From contig JAFZIY010000029.1 in assembly GCA_017554105.1 (NCBI GenBank), forward strand, positions 49,504 through 113,503: a stretch of 64,000 nucleotides of DNA, written 5' to 3'. The DNA is from Prevotella sp. (GTDB taxonomy: Bacteria > Bacteroidota > Bacteroidia > Bacteroidales > Bacteroidaceae). Below the pieces are notes generated by a model. The model searched no databases. It saw nothing but the letters and a program-made list of their open reading frames with translations, and was not told the origin of the DNA. A program made the position numbers and the translations under genes. Below are positions 61,666 through 64,000 of this stretch, one piece after another (position 1 is the stretch's first letter; each line of letters opens with the position of its first letter).

Positions 61666-63366
61666 TTAATATGCGTTCTCGTGAACACCTTTGATTGCGC
61701 GTCCGCTGGGGTCGTTCATATTCTGGAACGACTTGTCCCATTCCAGTGCGATTGCTGTGCTGCATGCTACGCTTGCCTCACTCGGTACGCTGCGCGCTGC
61801 GCTGTCGCTTGGGAAGTGCTCTGCAAAGATGCTGCGATAGTAGTATTCCTCCTTGTTCTTAGGCGGGTTAATGGGGAATCGCTCGGCAGCATGTGCCATC
61901 TGCTCGTCGGTGACTGCCTCTGCGGTTATCTGCTTCAGTGTGTCAATCCATGAATATCCTACACCGTCGCTGAACTGCTCTTTCTGTCTCCATGCCACTT
62001 CCTCTGGAAGCATATCGGCAAAGGCCTCGCGTACTATCTTCTTCTCGATAACGAAACTCTCCTCGCCCTTTGGAGAGGGGTTGGGGGAGAGGCCGCACAT
62101 CTTTGCTTCCGGGTTGGTACGCATGGCGACATCAAGGAATTCCTTGTCGAGGAAAGGCACACGTCCCTCAACGCCCCATGCCGACAGACTCTTGTTGGCA
62201 CGCAGGCAGTCGTAGAGGTGCAGTTTGGAGAGTTTGCGCACCGTCTCCTCATGGAACGCCTGTGCGTTGGGTGCCTTATGGAAGTAGAGGTAACCTCCGA
62301 ATATCTCGTCGGCCCCTTCTCCTGAGAGCACCATCTTGATGCCCATCGACTTGATGACACGCGCAAGGAGATACATCGGAGTGGAGGCGCGGACGGTGGT
62401 GACATCGTAGGTCTCGATGAAGTATATGACATCGCGTAAGGCGTCAAGACCCTCCTGGATGGTGTAGTTTATCTCGTGATGTACGGTGCCGATATGGTCG
62501 GCAACCAACTTCGCCTTCGCCAGGTCGGGAGCACCCTTCAGTCCTACTGCAAAGGAGTGGAGGCGCGGCCAGTAGGCACGGCTCTGTGAGTTGTCCTCGA
62601 TGCGGTGCTCACTGAATTTCTCCGCGATGGCAGAGATGACACTTGAGTCGAGACCACCGCTGAGCAGCACTCCGTAAGGCACGTCGGACATCAGTTGTCT
62701 GCGTACAGCATCCTCGAGGGCATCGTGGATGGCGGTGACACTGGCGGGGTTGTCCTTCACTGCGGCATAGTCCTGCCAGTCGCGTTTATACCATTTCTGC
62801 ATACCTGCCGCATCGCCGCTCCATACGTAATGACCAGGAAGGAACGGCTCGTAGCGTTCGCACTGTCCTTCGAGAGCCTTCAACTCAGAGGCGACATACA
62901 CGGTGCCGTCCGCATCGTAGCCGATATAGAGTGGAATCACGCCTATGGGGTCGCGTGCAATAAGGTACTCGTTGCGTTCCTCGTCGTAAAGGACAAATGC
63001 GAAGATACCATTCAGGTCCTCCAGGAAGTCGATTCCTTTATCACGATAGAGTGCGAGAATCACCTCACAGTCGCTTCCTGTTTGGAAATCGTAACGACCT
63101 TCATAGCGCTTGCGTATCTCCTGATGGTTGTATATCTCGCCATTGACGGCCAGCACCTGCTTACGGTCGGGAGTGTAAAGCGGCTGTCCGCCGCTCTCAG
63201 GATCGACGATGCTCAATCGCTCGTGTGCCAGGATGGCAGAGCCACCACAATAGATTCCACTCCAGTCGGGTCCGCGATGACGTATTTTCTGACTCATGCG
63301 TAACGCTTTTTGTCGCAGTTCTTTTGTCTGCTCTTTAACGTTCAATATTGCAACTATTCCACACAT
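61666..63366 (-). CDS. asnB: Asparagine synthase B (glutamine-hydrolysing)
   Basis: MCGIVAIL N-terminal nucleophile, LSGGLDSS PP-loop, WRQKEQFSDGVGYSWID. Carries an extra LSPNPSPKGEESF segment. Confidence 0.95.
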   Translation of the reverse strand: MCGIVAILNVKEQTKELRQKALRMSQKIRHRGPDWSGIYCGGSAILAHERLSIVDPESGGQPLYTPDRKQVLAVNGEIYNHQEIRKRYEGRYDFQTGSDCEVILALYRDKGIDFLEDLNGIFAFVLYDEERNEYLIARDPIGVIPLYIGYDADGTVYVASELKALEGQCERYEPFLPGHYVWSGDAAGMQKWYKRDWQDYAAVKDNPASVTAIHDALEDAVRRQLMSDVPYGVLLSGGLDSSVISAIAEKFSEHRIEDNSQSRAYWPRLHSFAVGLKGAPDLAKAKLVADHIGTVHHEINYTIQEGLDALRDVIYFIETYDVTTVRASTPMYLLARVIKSMGIKMVLSGEGADEIFGGYLYFHKAPNAQAFHEETVRKLSKLHLYDCLRANKSLSAWGVEGRVPFLDKEFLDVAMRTNPEAKMCGLSPNPSPKGEESFVIEKKIVREAFADMLPEEVAWRQKEQFSDGVGYSWIDTLKQITAEAVTDEQMAHAAERFPINPPKNKEEYYYRSIFAEHFPSDSAARSVPSEASVACSTAIALEWDKSFQNMNDPSGRAIKGVHENAY

Positions 63367-63378
63367 AATGTTTCTTAG

Positions 63379-63506
63379 TCCCCTAAGTTCTTGGACAAGC
63401 CAAGCGGCAAAGCCGAGCGAGGGGGATGGGGGTCTTATCCCCCCCTTTTTTAATGTTAATACTATTGTTTATTATCACTATTCTATTTTACAAGAGCCTG
63501 TTCAGA
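63379..63506. repeat. Rearranged, one-arm copy of the pta-ackA palindromic element
   Basis: Shared blocks occur in the same order as the reverse complement of 26047-26159: CCCCTAAGTT, AGGGGGATGGGGGTCT, TGTTTATTAT, CCTGTTCAGA. The last block ends 1 nt before the carB-like stop codon. Confidence 0.7.
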
Positions 63507-64000
63507 TTAGGTGTACGACAGGTACAGGTAGTTGGTCTGTGCAGGATACTCGGCTGCGAGGGTGTCTATCTGGTTTACCGTGGGCACCACTCCCAGTTCT
63601 TTTCTCCATTGGCGTATTGTCAATCCTGCCTCCTCCATGTTCATGCTGTTCTCCAGTCCTAATGCCCTGCCTATCTGGAAATCGGAGAACCCATACACCT
63701 TTGCCTTGCGGAGCAAATGGACGAACTCGGGAACCTCGAGGTATTCCATCATCTCGGTGTATTCCATGAACTGTGCCAGTTCGGAGAATGTCGCAAACTC
63801 GCGCAGGTTCTGGTCGATATCCACTATATGCTTCAGTTTCTGCAGGAACCAGAGGTCTATCTTCGTCAGTTCGTTAATCTGTTTGACAGTGTATCCCGTC
63901 TGCAATGCTTTCGAAACGACGAATATGCGGTTGTCGGTGGCATGGAGCAAAGCCTCCTTGATATCACTCACGCGGAGCGGTTTGTTCTCAACGAAGCCGT
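63507..64000 (-). CDS. carB: Carbamoyl-phosphate synthase large-subunit-like ORF, 3' part. It ends right after the oligomerisation-domain motif and is open to the window edge.
   Basis: The frame stays open upstream of the GTG at 63971 (..GFVENKPLRVSDIKEALL..). IDLWFLQKL, LRKAKVYGFSDFQIGRAL and VNQIDTLAAEYPAQTNYLYLSYT* align with the E. coli CarB region ..IDRWFL.., ..LKRKGFAD.., ..[22 protein letters not shown].. Confidence 0.8.
   Translation of the reverse strand, partial: GFVENKPLRVSDIKEALLHATDNRIFVVSKALQTGYTVKQINELTKIDLWFLQKLKHIVDIDQNLREFATFSELAQFMEYTEMMEYLEVPEFVHLLRKAKVYGFSDFQIGRALGLENSMNMEEAGLTIRQWRKELGVVPTVNQIDTLAAEYPAQTNYLYLSYT

Overview
The window looks like chromosomal DNA from a Bacteroidota (Bacteroidales, probably Prevotella-like) genome. 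The evidence is TAnnTTTG -7 promoter boxes in front of most transcription units, four proteins with T9SS-type C-terminal sorting tails, a hybrid two-component regulator with an AraC output, NigD-like and DUF4292-like lipoproteins, and a prfB without the programmed frameshift. About two thirds is housekeeping: dgt', dut operon, prfB, murF, folP-cdaA, pta-ackA, lpxH, radC, efp, rpmH, rluD, ddl, sodB, tRNA-Phe, tRNA-Pro, asnB, carB'. The main accessory region is about 15.5 kb between efp (ends 34598) and rpmH (starts 50113). Its left part is visibly AT-rich and carries a co-directional five-gene cluster: secreted retropepsin-TPR protein, AbiGi-like protein, YhcG/DUF1016 PD-(D/E)XK nuclease, serpin lipoprotein, membrane protein. 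To the right are a giant double-CotH T9SS cargo gene bracketed by direct repeats, a protein built from six 60-bp tandem repeats, a BspA-type LRR protein, a Sel1-repeat protein and a lipoprotein. I see no integrase, transposase, CRISPR array or rRNA. The best candidate for an undescribed system is the AbiGi-like/DUF1016 pair, possibly the whole five-gene cluster. Several dispersed repeat families are also notable. One is a ~90-bp element made of AACAAAGTTAATAAC-type palindromes (3 copies). One is a ~115-bp palindromic element whose second copy abuts the premature stop of a carB-like ORF. A third is a CCCCTCCC-loop-GGGAGGGG hairpin unit that occurs intergenically and apparently in-frame inside asnB. 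All functional calls come from reading the translations and recalling family motifs; no searches were run.
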